Source: Trichoplax adhaerens
Taxonomy: Eukaryota; Animalia; Placozoa
Direction: 5' to 3'
Length of the DNA: 64,000 nucleotides
Assembly: GCF_000150275.1 (NCBI RefSeq)
Contig: NW_002060943.1
Span: forward strand, 10,912,878 to 10,976,877
Made by a program: the position numbers and the translations under genes. Positions 1 to 12,789 of the stretch are shown one piece after another. The notes under the pieces are model-generated. The model worked only from the letters and a program-made list of their open reading frames with translations, did not search any database and had not been told where the DNA came from. The stretch's first letter is position 1; each line of letters starts with the position of its first letter.

Positions 1-167
1 GTTAGAGCAATACTATTTGCACAGTAATGTACAACGTTAAATCCTAATCATGAAATACCAATAATTTCAAATATCACTATCACACTCTTTACAATTTATG
101 ACAGTAGATTAATAAAAGGATTACGAATGATAACTTTTATCAATTTTTCTTTATACCCCGAATTTAG

Positions 168-3100
168 ATGTACCTATACAGTCTAACTTTGCAAAAATCA
201 TCATGTATAACATGTGCTGTTCACGGTAATTTTTCTGGTACCAAACAACAAGAAATTATTGCAGCGAAAGGTAAAGTGTTGGAATTACTTCGGCCAGATG
301 CAAATAGCGGTAAAGTTCACTCGATAACGACATTAGAAGTATTTGGAGAAATTCGTTGTCTTGCTCCTTTTCGCTTAACTGGTGGAAGCAAAGGTCAGAT
401 GTCTTGTTTGATTAAGTTAAATGCTTGTGTGTTTTACCTTCCTAAGAAATTTTTAAATTTTACTTTAATAACTCACACCTGAAATACTTAAGCTAACGCT
501 AGTAGTACTGTTACTTTAAATGTTACATATATTTTTAATTACGATCAAATCCTGCTTTTAGATTATGTGGTGATTGGTAGCGATTCTGGCCGTATTACTA
601 TCTTAGAGTATATTCCATCTAAGAACACTTTCGAAAAGGTAATTGATAATAAATGGTATTATCTATAGACTAGCTAAAAGACTTAAAATATAATGCTTAA
701 GATGATTGTTGATGAATCACCTAACTATAGATTCATCAAGAGACATTTGGTAAAAGTGGTTGTAGACGAATTGTTCCTGGTCAATATCTAGCAGTCGATC
801 CAAAAGGAAGAGCCGTAATGATAGGTAAGAATAAAGTATAGTATCGTTAGCTTGTGGAACCTCGTATTAAACTTAGATTATATTCAGTATAGAACTGATT
901 ATTATTTTAGTTGTGAATATACAGTACTACTTTCGCACTTAGAAAATCCAAATTACTCCTTCTCAATTTTTTGATCATTCCAATTTTATCACTTTAGGTG
1001 CAATGGAGAAGCAAAAACTTGTTTACATTTTAAACCGTGATACATCTGCCCGATTAACCATTTCGTCGCCGCTTGAAGCTCATAAATCTCATACTGTAGT
1101 ATTTAGTGTTGTCGGTATTGACGTTGGATTTGAAAATCCGGTGTTTGCTTGTCTTGAAGTCGACTACGAGGTACGGTTTAAAAAAAATTTAATAAGTTCA
1201 ATAGAACTTATTGACCATTTCATTTCTTCTCAAATTTTAAAGCTTCATCATAATGAATGTAATCATTTTTCGTAGGAGGCTGATAATGATCCAACAGGAG
1301 AGGCTGCTTTGACAACCAGACAGGTTAATCAATGACTTTGTAATGGAATTATTACACTATAGAAGTTGCTAAGTGTAGCATATATTTACAGATGCTTACA
1401 TATTACGAATTGGATCTTGGTTTAAATCATGTTGTTCGAAAATTCACGGAGACATTACAAGATTTTAGCAATATGCTGATTCCAGGTAAAAGGAAATGCT
1501 AGCGTCATTAATGTTTAAATTATTCTTCGAATATTTCTGACTGCGCTTGATAGTAGTTTACATATTACGAACTGATACTAAGCTTTGATAAGGTGCACAG
1601 AATAAATTGTAATTGATGTTATTCTCCTAACAGTACCTGGGGGTAATGACGGACCAAGTGGTATTTTAGTTTGTTCAGAAAATTTTATTACTTATAAGAA
1701 TTTTGGTGATCAACCTGATATTCGGATGCCAATTCCCCGCCGCAGGGTAAAATTTGCATTTCTTTTTGCTGTTGGTGGCTCGTTTAACGTTACCTGTAAA
1801 TTTATATAATATTCAATATAATAATACTTTGGCACTTAATTTTAGTACGACTTATCCGACCCTGATCGTGGTATACTATTTGTTTGTTATGCCGGTCATA
1901 AGACAAAGGTAATATAGACTAATTAGCTAAGGAATACTTGAAGGAGAGTTATACCATTAAGAAACCCTCTTTGATTTGAATTGTTCTGTAGCTATTCCAC
2001 TACTGTGAAGAGTTCTGATTAATTCGGTATTGTCATGGTCATAAATTTTATAATCTTGATTTTTTGCAGTCTCTATTTTTTTTCTTCATTCAAAATGAGC
2101 AAGGCGATATTTTTAAACTTACTTTGACGGTTGAAGATGATATGGTTAGTATAATGCTTACACTGATAGCAACGTAACCGTTTTTCGTGGTGATTTAAAT
2201 ACTAAATAAAACATTACGATTTTTATTCCAGGTATCATCTATTAAACTAAAATATTTTGACACTATACCTGTTGCGTCATCGATGATTGTTCTTAAAACT
2301 GGTTTCTTATTTGCTTCATCGGAATTCGGCAATCAGTAGGTGTTTCAGTTTAAACTTTCGATTTAGATGTGCTCACAACCGTAACAGATGCATTTCTTCC
2401 GTCTGATCTTTTTGTAGCCATTTATATCAAATTGCTCATCTTGGAGATAACGATGAGGAAACAGAATTCTCTAGTACTATGCTTCTTGACGAAGGTGAAA
2501 CATTTTACTATTCTTTGCGACCACTTAAGAACTTGGTTGAAGTTGATGAAGTTGATAGTCTTTGCCCTATAACTGGGTGCCAGGTAAATGCACACGAACT
2601 GAAAATTTGATTTAATAATCCAGCATAGATTTCTTTTAATTTAATACCAATTAAATCTTCTATGTTTAATATCAATACTACGATTTTTTGAAAGGTTGCT
2701 GATTTAGCTAATGAAGATACCCCACAACTGTATGTATCCTGTGGCAGAGGTCCAAACTCGACTTTAAGGATTTTGCGGCATGGATTGGAGGTTAAATTTT
2801 TATCTAGTAGTCACTACTTTGTTAAAATATCTCTCATGCCCTACAAATTCCAAATCCTTCCATAAATTCGATAGGTAACCGAAATGGCTGTTTCTGAGCT
2901 TCCCGGTAATCCTAATGGTGTATGGACAGTGAAAACAAGTGCTTCCGGTAATAGGACGTTTATTTTTTTCTAAAGTTTATTATTATTATACTCTATAGCA
3001 AGCTTGTTCAACTTCTTTTTCTTATTATCTCCACTTACTTTAGCGGAATACGACGCCTATATTGTAGTTTCTTTTGTAAATGCTACCTTAGTACTGTCTA

Positions 3101-6100
3101 TTGGCGAAAGTGTAGAGGAAGTCTCTGATAGCGGATTTTTAGGAACGACACCAACGTTACATTGCTGCCAAATTGGAGATGATGCTTTATTACAAGTAGG
3201 TTATGTCGTATTCCTTGATATTATCCCTAATACTTGGATACTGAATGTGTATCTATGTTACCAAGGTTTATGCCAATGGCATTCGTCATGTAAGAGCTGA
3301 CAAACGTGTAAATGAATGGAAGGCCCCTGGAAAGAAAATAATATCAAAGTGTGCCGTGAATAATCGTCAGGTATGCTATAAAGATATCCTTCAAACTAAG
3401 ATACTTTGATGGTTCCTGCATTAAATTTAATTACAATACATTGATTAAATTTACTATTGCACACGTACTGTAGGTCGCAATTGCTTTAACTGGCGGGGAA
3501 CTGGTTTACTTTGAGATGGATTTGGTAATAAGATATAAATTGGCGATTTCGTGATTATTTTTCCGTTAACGTTAAACTTATAGCTTACATACATTCGTCA
3601 ATGTTGAACAAGAGTTATGTGTTGATGAGACCATTTCATGTTAATGATAGTCTGGTCAGTTAAATGAATATACCGAAAGAAGAGAATTTTCTAGTGAAGT
3701 TATTTGCATGAGTATTGGTTCGGTTCCAGTCGGAGAAAAAAGATGTCGATTTTTGGCGGTTGGATTAGCGGATCATACAGTTAGGATGATTTCGTTAGAT
3801 CCTTCGGTATGTAAAGATTTTTCGTTGTAGCTGCATTATTTGATTACTTTTTGCTATCCCTAAGACCATCCGAATGGTTTAAGAATCAGTTAATGTTTCT
3901 TGTTAAATAGGATTGTCTTCAGCCTATGAGTATGCAAGCTTTACCAACTGTGCCGGAGTCTTTATGCATAGTAGCAATGGGAAGCGGTGACTCTTCAGAA
4001 AGTGAGCAAGGCGTTCTTTCAACATATTATTTAAATATCGGTTTACAGGTAAGTCGCAAAATTTAGTTGCTGCTAAAAACATGCATCTTCGCGCGTAACA
4101 GCGGTACTAAATGACTATATTTATTTGATAGAACGGTGTACTTCTTAGGAGCGTTCTAGACAGCGTTACTGGAGACATGTCGGATACGCGCACAAGGTCA
4201 GCTATAAATCATAATTTCTGTTCTTGGTGTGTTTTATAGCTACCAATGTAACATTTTAATCTAATACTCGATAGGTATTTGGGGTCGCGACCTGTAAGAC
4301 TGTTTAAAGTTAAAATTCAAAACTCTGAAGCGGTAAGAAATGCTCATTTTACGAGTTTGAATCGTTTTCATGAAAACATATCTTTGTATTATTGCTATAG
4401 GTACTATATATTTATTTCTTCCATTTTATAGGTACTTGCCATTTCAAGCCGGTCGTGGTTAGGTTATATGTTTCAGTCGGTATCCCGTCTAACCCCTCTA
4501 TCTTATGACGCGCTTGACTATGCGTCTGGATTTTCATCCGACCAGTGCCCAGAGGGTGTCGTATCGATAGCTGGAGATACCCTAAGGTATGTTTCATTTT
4601 GTCTGGTTCTCTATCTAATATAGTATGATACTTGTGATTTTAATCCTTTTTAACTATCTACTTAGGATTTTAGCGCTAGAAAAACTAGGAGCTGTTTTCA
4701 ATCAAATGACAATCAACTTGAAATTAACCCCTCGAAGATTTGCTATAGATCAGCAGAATAGCAACTTGGTTGTTGTTGGATCTGATCATTTATGTTTTAC
4801 GGATAGCACGAAGTCCGAAAGAAAACAGCAAATGGCAAAAGTACAAATTTTACATTTACATAGTAAAGTAATATGCTAAAAAATCATTTACTCTTTTTTA
4901 TTGTATAACCTGCTAGGAAATTATTGAGAGCGCCGGTGACGAGGAAGCGGAATTAGCTAAAGAAGTTGCAGAATCATTTATGAATGAAGTTTTACCAGCT
5001 ACGGAATTTGGTGAGCCTAAAGCTGGCAATGGCCAGTGGGCCTCTTGTATTCAATTACTTGCACCAGATCAGGTAAGGATGACATGTTAAGAAATCAATT
5101 TATTTGCTTATTTGATTTTGCTAATTATTTTGATTCTCAATTTGTAATGGGTTAGAAAACAATTTTGCAGTCTCTTGAACTTGATCAAGATGAAGCTGCT
5201 TTGAGGTTCGTATATCACGTAATACACGGATGCGACATGCTATGAACTAGCAGCTGTGGTATATACTATATATATATACAATATGAGGACATGGGCGAAA
5301 ACATTATAAGCGTTGTCCTTATTTGATATTGCAGAAACGATTACGCGTATGACAGATTGATTATCTTAATTTCAGTGTGGCTATTTGTCGCTTCGCTTAC
5401 AAGCCTGATGAAACCTTCGTCGTGGTAGGTGTTGCAAAAGAACTTAATTTAAATCCTAGCAGCTCGTCCGGAGGATTGATGAACACTTACCGAATGGCTA
5501 ATGGACAGTTAGAATTAGTCCACAAGGTAATTCCTATAAAGCACTACAATCTATGAATCGAGTACTTAGCCTAAATCACGAAAGTACAACTGCCATTAAC
5601 AAGATGTTTGCAACTTTAGACTGTAGTCGAAGAAGTACCACGAGCCATGGCAGCTTTTCAGGTATTGCTTCTTGAATTTTATGTAAGATGAAATTTTTAC
5701 TTATCTATGGTAAACTGACTTTATGTGAATAGGGACGCTTACTTGTCGGTACTGGTAGAATTTTAAGAGTTTATGACCTTGGCCGAAAGAAGTTATTAAG
5801 GAAGTGTGAAAATAAGGTTAGTTATGTCTAGTGGTAATAGTATTACAAGCCAATTTTATAGTTTAATTTAAATTGAAACTAAAATTATATTGGTTCAAAA
5901 TACTAGAATTTTCCGTATCGAATCGTGACTATAAGTAGTATGGGTAGTCGAGTTATTGTTGGCGACGTTCAGGAGTCAGTGCACTTTGTTAAGTATAGAG
6001 CGAAAGAAAACCGCCTTGTTGTATTCGCTGATGACGTCAGTCCTAGGTATTGTCAACTAAAATTCAATTATGTATTAAGGAGTCCACAGGATAAAGTTTC

Positions 6101-7297
6101 TGTTTATCAATAGATATGTTACCGCTACATGTTTCCTCGATTATGACACAATTGCTGTTGGGGATAAATTCGGAAGTATCGCTATATTGCGGTTGTCTGA
6201 TGATATTAATGATGAGATTGAGGAAGACCCAACAGGTGCGAAGGCATTCTGGGATCGTGGGCTACTAAATGGCGCATCGCAAAAGGTATTACAGGATATT
6301 TCTATATTCGATATGTGATTGGAACAGTTTTAAAGGACATGATAATAGCAGCGATGATGGAAGCAGCTTTGAAGTGCCATCGCAAATAGTTACTAGACTG
6401 TGTATTGGATTTATTATTTTTGTAATTAAAGTGATATATTATCAGCTTCTATTACTATGCTATCATACTACAGTATAGTATTATCAGGTACCTATGATTT
6501 GTTCAGGCGTTAGTTTAATCTTAGTCAGCTCTGTAATGGACAGTTACACATACAGTCGCGATACGCATCTTATGTCGGCCCTGTTTTGACACGCTGGTTG
6601 TATTAACGTTAATTTTAAATGCAGCATTTAATACTTCATATAAACTGCTTAGGCTAATCTGGAAGCATCATTTTACATTGGCGAAACTGTAATGTCATTA
6701 CAAAAGACTACGATAATACCGGGAGGATCTGAATCTTTGATTTACACTACACTTTCTGGAAGTATAGGTGTTCTGTTACCATTTACTTCTCGAGAGGTAT
6801 TACAAGTTTTTATAGCCATGCAATCCATACCTATTGAGAGGCATGAACTGATGCGAATAATGTTTTTGTAGGAGGTTGACTTTTTCCAGCATCTAGAAAT
6901 GCATTTACGCTCGGAAAATGCTCCAATTTGTGGTAGAGATCATTTAGCTTACCGATCTTATTATTTCCCTGCAAAGGTAAGGCTCCGATTCATTCTTTAT
7001 CATATATTACTTTAATTACAATCAGATGTTGTTCTTGACGATAAAGATATTGACTCTAAATTCTGTTAGAATGTCATTGATGGTGACATGTGCGAACAAT
7101 TTAATGCTTTGGATGGATCTAAGCGACGAACTTTAGCGATGGAGCTTGATCGGACACCCCCTGAGGTAGGCATAATTTTCAATGTAATTAAATAACAAGT
7201 TGTATTAAAGTAGGTATGTCTGTGACCTGTGATATAATCATTGCATTAATAGATATCTAAGAAGTTGGAGGATATGCGAACCCGTTACGCGTTTTAG
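168..7297 (+). CDS. SF3B3: Splicing factor 3B subunit 3 (SAP130), 33 coding exons
   Basis: Spliced translation starts [10 protein letters not shown]...[12 protein letters not shown] and contains [49 protein letters not shown] and EEDPTG. It ends [12 protein letters not shown] at TAG 7295-7297, followed by a second TAG. Introns are GT-AG with consistent phases. The ATG directly follows TTTAG, suggesting an upstream UTR exon outside the window. Confidence 0.97.
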
Positions 7298-8338
7298 TAG
7301 CCGAAATAGATTTCTAACACTTTTGATAGTTATCTAAGAGATATCACTTTTCTCGTTACATGAGTCTGTGTAACACCCTGAAATGTAATTAGTTACTTTA
7401 ACTTATATTAAATTAGATATATATTAATACATTGGCCTCTTCAATGTTACGATATGTTTTAAACCCTATCAATTCCTGAATGGATTCAACGGCATTTTAT
7501 CAATTTTGTACTATATTTTGTGTAAGTTATGAAACCTGCTGTACGTATGTTCCTTTAAAGTTGCCTAATATAGCTTGTAATGTATTCTTGCTATGTGTTT
7601 GTTAGATAAGATTATTTCCTGTTGCAAGGTAATAAACATTTTGCAGTTGTAGCTTCTTGGGGTAACAGTACCGAATTTGCATAGATATCGCAATATCATT
7701 GGTCAACTTTTATTTATTAGATCCAATGATGTAAGAAATACATTTTGTCCATAATATCGGTATTAAAAACAGACTGTAAAAGTAACCAGAGATATGATCA
7801 GAAAAATATTCTTAAAGATAGGGAAAACTATAGTTCTTGTGTATATAGCCAGAATTCAGAAATATATAAAGAGATGCAATTGTTAGTTACCATTACCATT
7901 TCACAAAAGATGAAACTGGAGAGTGGGTAGTGATTTTGCATTATAGTAATCGTCGGCATGCTAATGCAAGTAATCAAATTCGATCCAATGAGAAGCGATA
8001 ATAGGGGTTAATTACGTACCATTTAAATTATTTATAGTTTATAACACATTACTCTGAAATTTAATTACCACCTGTTGACAGCTGTACATACAAGTCGAAT
8101 TCTAATAGCTTCCGATAAGATAAATTTGCTAACGATGAGTTTAGGATCGTTTACTCGCACGATTACAAATTGGAGATAGCGCGTTAATTTATTTTGCAGT
8201 TACATAGAACGGATGCTACATATATCTTCACTAAATCACTTGTGCATGTAAAGAGGAATAGAAGCATAGTATTGGCTGTTTAAAATAATGGATTGAAATA
8301 TCATCTATGTTATTGTAGTTATTAGTGACTACATCTAG

Positions 8339-10852
8339 CTATTTTGTAGTCTGGTTGCTAGAGTCTTTACAATTCTTGCACGACATTATTGGCTCTCCAA
8401 CTCCTGCACAATCAGTCCCAAAACATTGACAACAACCATTATCGAACCAGCGAAGCTTGGACGCGCCGTAGTTATAGCATTGTTCCTTGCAATGTTTAAC
8501 GGGGATGCAGGTATCAATATTGATAACTTTGCAGGTATCATCGCTGACTGAAAGAAAGATGAACCTAACATTAGTATTTTTATAGACATTTGTACAATCC
8601 ACGGCATACATTCTCTCTAAAAGGCAATGCTATAAATTTCTATGATAATAGTCATGATTTATAACTTATATCAAATTGATGAACGATAACATATTAGAAT
8701 ATGATCAGGAAGGCCATTACAAGTCTTGATGGCAAGTGCATACAGTACAATAACCTGATATTAAGCAAAATATTGAAAATTTTTATAGACGTAACCTATT
8801 GCTGTGCTTTATCATAGCTCCTTTTGCTTTATATCTTAAAAGTATGGCAAAGATAAACTTTGCTTGCATTTTAAAGTTAATAGAATGAGTTAAATTTTGT
8901 TGTAGTTTTATGTAGAAGATTTTTAATTGTGAGACATTAATTAAACACCGAGCAATTAATGGAGCCGTTCCTATAAGTAACACCATCAATTTCGATCTTT
9001 GAAAATTTAAAATGTCCGTGAAATTAAAACCTAGCGTATATCTACTGCACACGCATACGCGTATGTTATACACAAGTAAATTATCAGATGATTTAGCATG
9101 GAGCTTGAACTTGGAAGGTAGGTAAACTTATAAATTAAGTCGTATTCACTTGAGAAAACATATGAAGCAAATATACATTTCATTTGCTACGTAAAATAAC
9201 GCACGATTCAATCCGAAGTATTAGCACGATGTTATACTGTATACTAACGCTAATTAGACAGCTAGCCTATACAAGGGACTCAATATCGTTCGTTTTGTGT
9301 ATAACGTCATACATATAGCATTGCTTTATAATATAATATTGGGAATAGAGGTAGAATAACGCAACGCGGTGGTTGGTCTTTTACTTTTGAAGCATTTTTT
9401 TGGTCAATTCAGGAATGATTGATTGAATCGAAAATGTAAGATTGACTGTCGTAAATTATATATTACTCTCGGCATTTAGTTTAGCTGTAGCAGTAATCCG
9501 GAAAAATTTATTAAGTATATTGGTGACTACATAGAATAATTTAACGACTAACTACTGATCGAGTCATACGAGTTTAGGGTATACTGTACTACTTAATTTT
9601 CATTATTATCGATATTGGTACTATTTTAGCCACTGAATCACGTATAATTTTGTTAAATATAGATGTATGGTACTGTTACCGTCCAAGTACAAAATCCTAT
9701 ACGTCTTTAGTGGCGGCAAAAGAACAGACTGGATTAATAACATGATCATTATACACAATTCCACAGTAAACGTTTTAGCGAATGCATGACATATTTATTT
9801 CTGTGCTGAGATGTAAAGAAACCATATTTAGATTACCCAAAGTGTAGTACACATAGTAATTAATAAGGAAAGATCTTTCCATATTCTAAACGATGGATTT
9901 CTCAATAATAGCTAAGTAGAATTGTTGCCTATCATCTTAGAAGGATATTATTGCACGATGGGGCAAGTCGATAAATTAATCTTTTAATATCATCAAATGC
10001 AGATATATTTCTAATGATTTCATTTAACATAAGCCGAAATCATCTTTTTAAACTGTTTAAAAGAGGTGAAGATGTTTGATGATGTCTGAATTGATCTCAG
10101 GTCAATGTTTTCTTACTGTTTTAATACGATCTAGAAATTTATTACAATTATAAAATTAAAATATTTTTTATAGCCTTTTTTTATTATTTTGAGTGCCATC
10201 AAGTTATTAACTAATGAAATATCTGCCTCGCAGACATCATAAAAATGTTAGCAATATCGAAATATGACTGAATTAATGTCATCAAGAGTTGTTAATTTTA
10301 GCTACCCTAATGGACTAGTATCATTTCTACTTTTGATCAATGCGCTTATACTTTATCGTGATCAAAATGCTTACCGGATGATGTCTTGATAACTGAGATC
10401 GTGGTATCTTTAGGACCTTTTCCTAAAGATGTAAATGCGTTAAATAATCCTTCAACTGGCTTTTCGAGTGAGACTATGGTATGATTAACCTCTTTTCGGT
10501 TGGCAACGGATTGAGAAATAAACTGACAAATGCTTAAACATCCACAGCAGGGAAAAGCCAAGTGATTTAAACAATCAATACAATCTGTTAAATTTTTATT
10601 TTGACTGCCTACAGCTGTAGCTGCAGTAGGAAGAGGAGTGTCAATAACAGTCGTATTCATGATGATTTGTTGATCAAATAGGCATAAATGCATTAGTTGA
10701 CAGGCAAGAACTCTTGATGCGCATAATTGCCTGTTACAATCTTGAACGTCTTCGCTTTCCGTTTGAGAATTTTCTCCTGTATCTTTATTCTGTTGCGCGA
10801 AGACATCCATGATAGCTAGCAGCATGATAAGAATGATTACGATAGTCCTCAT
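8339..10852 (-). CDS. TWSG1: Twisted gastrulation-like secreted BMP modulator, 2 coding exons (10852-10375, 8547-8339), ~228 aa
   Basis: Signal peptide MRTIVIILIMLLAIMDVFA. The N-domain CNRQLCASRVLACQLMHLC matches Tsg CNKALCASDVSKCLIQELC. The C-domain CIPVKHCKEQCYNYGASKLRWFDNGCCQCFGTDC...CKNC matches Tsg [28 protein letters not shown]. Phase-1 donor TCCG|GTAAGC and acceptor TTTCAG|TC give 687 nt in frame. Confidence 0.88.
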
Positions 10853-12098
10853 TATTTCTTACTCACTCTCGCTCTAACTCTTTCTTAACCACTCATATAA
10901 TTCGCTCTTCTACTAAAAGTAGTAGCGTATATCCGGTTTACAAAGATCCTAATCAATAAAACTGAAGGATTTGTAGCGCCAATTAGCGACTTTTCTAAGC
11001 TGAAGCACGTCGGTTAGCACAGGTATCTTACTTAATGACTGATTAAGTGGATTATCGGAAAAATGCAAATACAACATTGTAACACTTATAAAGCACAGCA
11101 TTGTGTCAGTATGACAGCTAATATGTTGTGTCTGAAGTATCCAAACTTATACCGACATTATAATGGCGTTGTTAAAATTTCTTTTGCGAGAGGACAATCA
11201 AATTTGAAGAACATCTCTACGGGATAGAAGTGAAACAATGTTCATGCATTAACAAATTTATGACGTCAATCAATCCTACATTAATGATCACTAGATTGGG
11301 TACGCTAATCTTGTCTATCCCCTGTAACTGCTTCTATTATCGATAGTAATGCAATTTTATAAGTTAATCATTCTCTAGTGAAGAGAATGCCTTGATTAGA
11401 TTTATAGTGTGATAAAAGTTGATCCGTGCAGTAAAGATCAATCTGTCTTGTTTCGATATAAGTTGACTAAAGTTAAACTCGTCTTCAATTCTGTTACTAT
11501 TGTACAGTATAATTATATATCTACGATAGCTCTAGAATTCAATGAGCAATAACGATAGAGAATAAAGGTAGCAGTAATACGAGTTTATTCAACAACTAGT
11601 TGAAATATGTATGTACATCCTACAAATTTTAGGGAATGTCATTTGTTAGGATCATCATCTGAATTAAGACAGTTTAACGTTGTCTTTTACTCCAGTATCG
11701 TGATTATATCATAGCGAATTAAACGTTCAATAGAACTTATGTATTACACCGTGTTAGATAGGCAGATAATTACAGAAGGGTGTCGTAGGAAATTGACTGA
11801 TTTCTATAGCAATGGAATATCCTTGAAGAATAATTTCCTCGTTCATCATTAAACATATCCGTGTGATGGTTACGTTATACATTACATTATCATGGTTCAT
11901 ATACAGTACTACATGCTATTTTATCTGATAGATTTACAATAGATTCTAGAATAAAAAAGTAGTATGGTTAATTGGTATATCATGGGCCACTTACTAATAA
12001 AAATAGAAGATAAATATATAGTGTAGTTAGCAATCCCTCTCTGAATGAAGAAATGTATAATATTAAAAAAAAGGACTTGGCTAATAAAAATTTAAAGT

Positions 12099-12170
12099 TG
12101 ACCCGGACGTGATTCGAACACGCAGCCTTCTGATCTGGAGTCAGACGCGCTACCGTTGCGCCACCAGGCC
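12099..12170 (-). tRNA. tRNA-Trp (anticodon CCA)
   Basis: Reverse complement is GGCCTGGTGGCGCAACGGTAGCGCGTCTGACTCCAGATCAGAAGGCTGCGTGTTCGAATCACGTCCGGGTCA (72 nt), a eukaryotic tRNA-Trp cloverleaf with A and B boxes. The anticodon is at 12136-12138. Oligo-T Pol III terminators lie downstream (A-runs at 12086-12090 and 12065-12072 on +). Confidence 0.97.
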
Positions 12171-12279
12171 ACCTATTGGATAAAGCTGCTTTTGTATGTA
12201 TATATAGATATACTTGATTAAAGTTGGGGTGTAGGGATCATCGGCGAGTCGGATTCCTTTTATCTGAATCAAAGCGATG

Positions 12280-12772
12280 CAGTGTACAGTACATAGCATT
12301 CCCTGTGACTTTGTATCCTTGCCTACTTTGTCTTCATGTTGTGTTTGTGATGCCCAAAAAAGACCACGTTCCAGTCAAAGGGGATTAGTACGTATAGGGA
12401 TTAGGTTTACAGTGTACACTAGACTGAGTAGTTTATGATTTCTCAGTCAACTCTTCACTGTTAGGGACTGTACACCATACAGTACAGTATGGTGACTCTG
12501 GTTGACTACAGTATCGCTAAAGAAATTGGTGCGGTGACGCCCAATCAGGACTCGCCACATCATGCGCCTCATCATTGGGATACGTAATCGTTCTGGTACT
12601 CATTTTGTTTATAAACAGTTCGAGGGACTACAGTACTAAAGACTGTACCTTACAGTGTACAGTACGCAGCATACAGGTGGTACAGTACTGTACAGTACTG
12701 TACAGTACTGTACCATCGGGTGTTTTTACAGTCATAAGAGACGACTTGCTAGTATTGTAGTGGACCAGTACA
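12280..12772. repeat. TACTG/CAGTA/TGTACA palindrome-rich low-complexity island upstream of HERPUD
   Basis: Dense CAGTA, TACTG and GTACA units, including GTACAGTACTGTACAGTACTGTACAGTACTGTAC at ~12680-12713. Confidence 0.8.
12541..12559 (+). promoter_or_regulatory. ER stress response element (ERSE-like, CCAAT-N9-CCACA)
   Basis: CCAAT caggactcg CCACA has the exact 9-nt spacer and lies ~230 bp upstream of the HERPUD start. It is flanked by ATTGG boxes (12525, 12574) and a TGACG half-site (12535). Confidence 0.7.
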
Positions 12773-12789
12773 ACTTGGCACAACGTAGA

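Noticed and set aside
11261-11268. Full CRE palindrome TGACGTCA ~410 bp upstream of the Tsg-like ATG
   Set aside because: A lone 8-mer without supporting context; the same 8-mer also occurs inside SF3B3 coding sequence.
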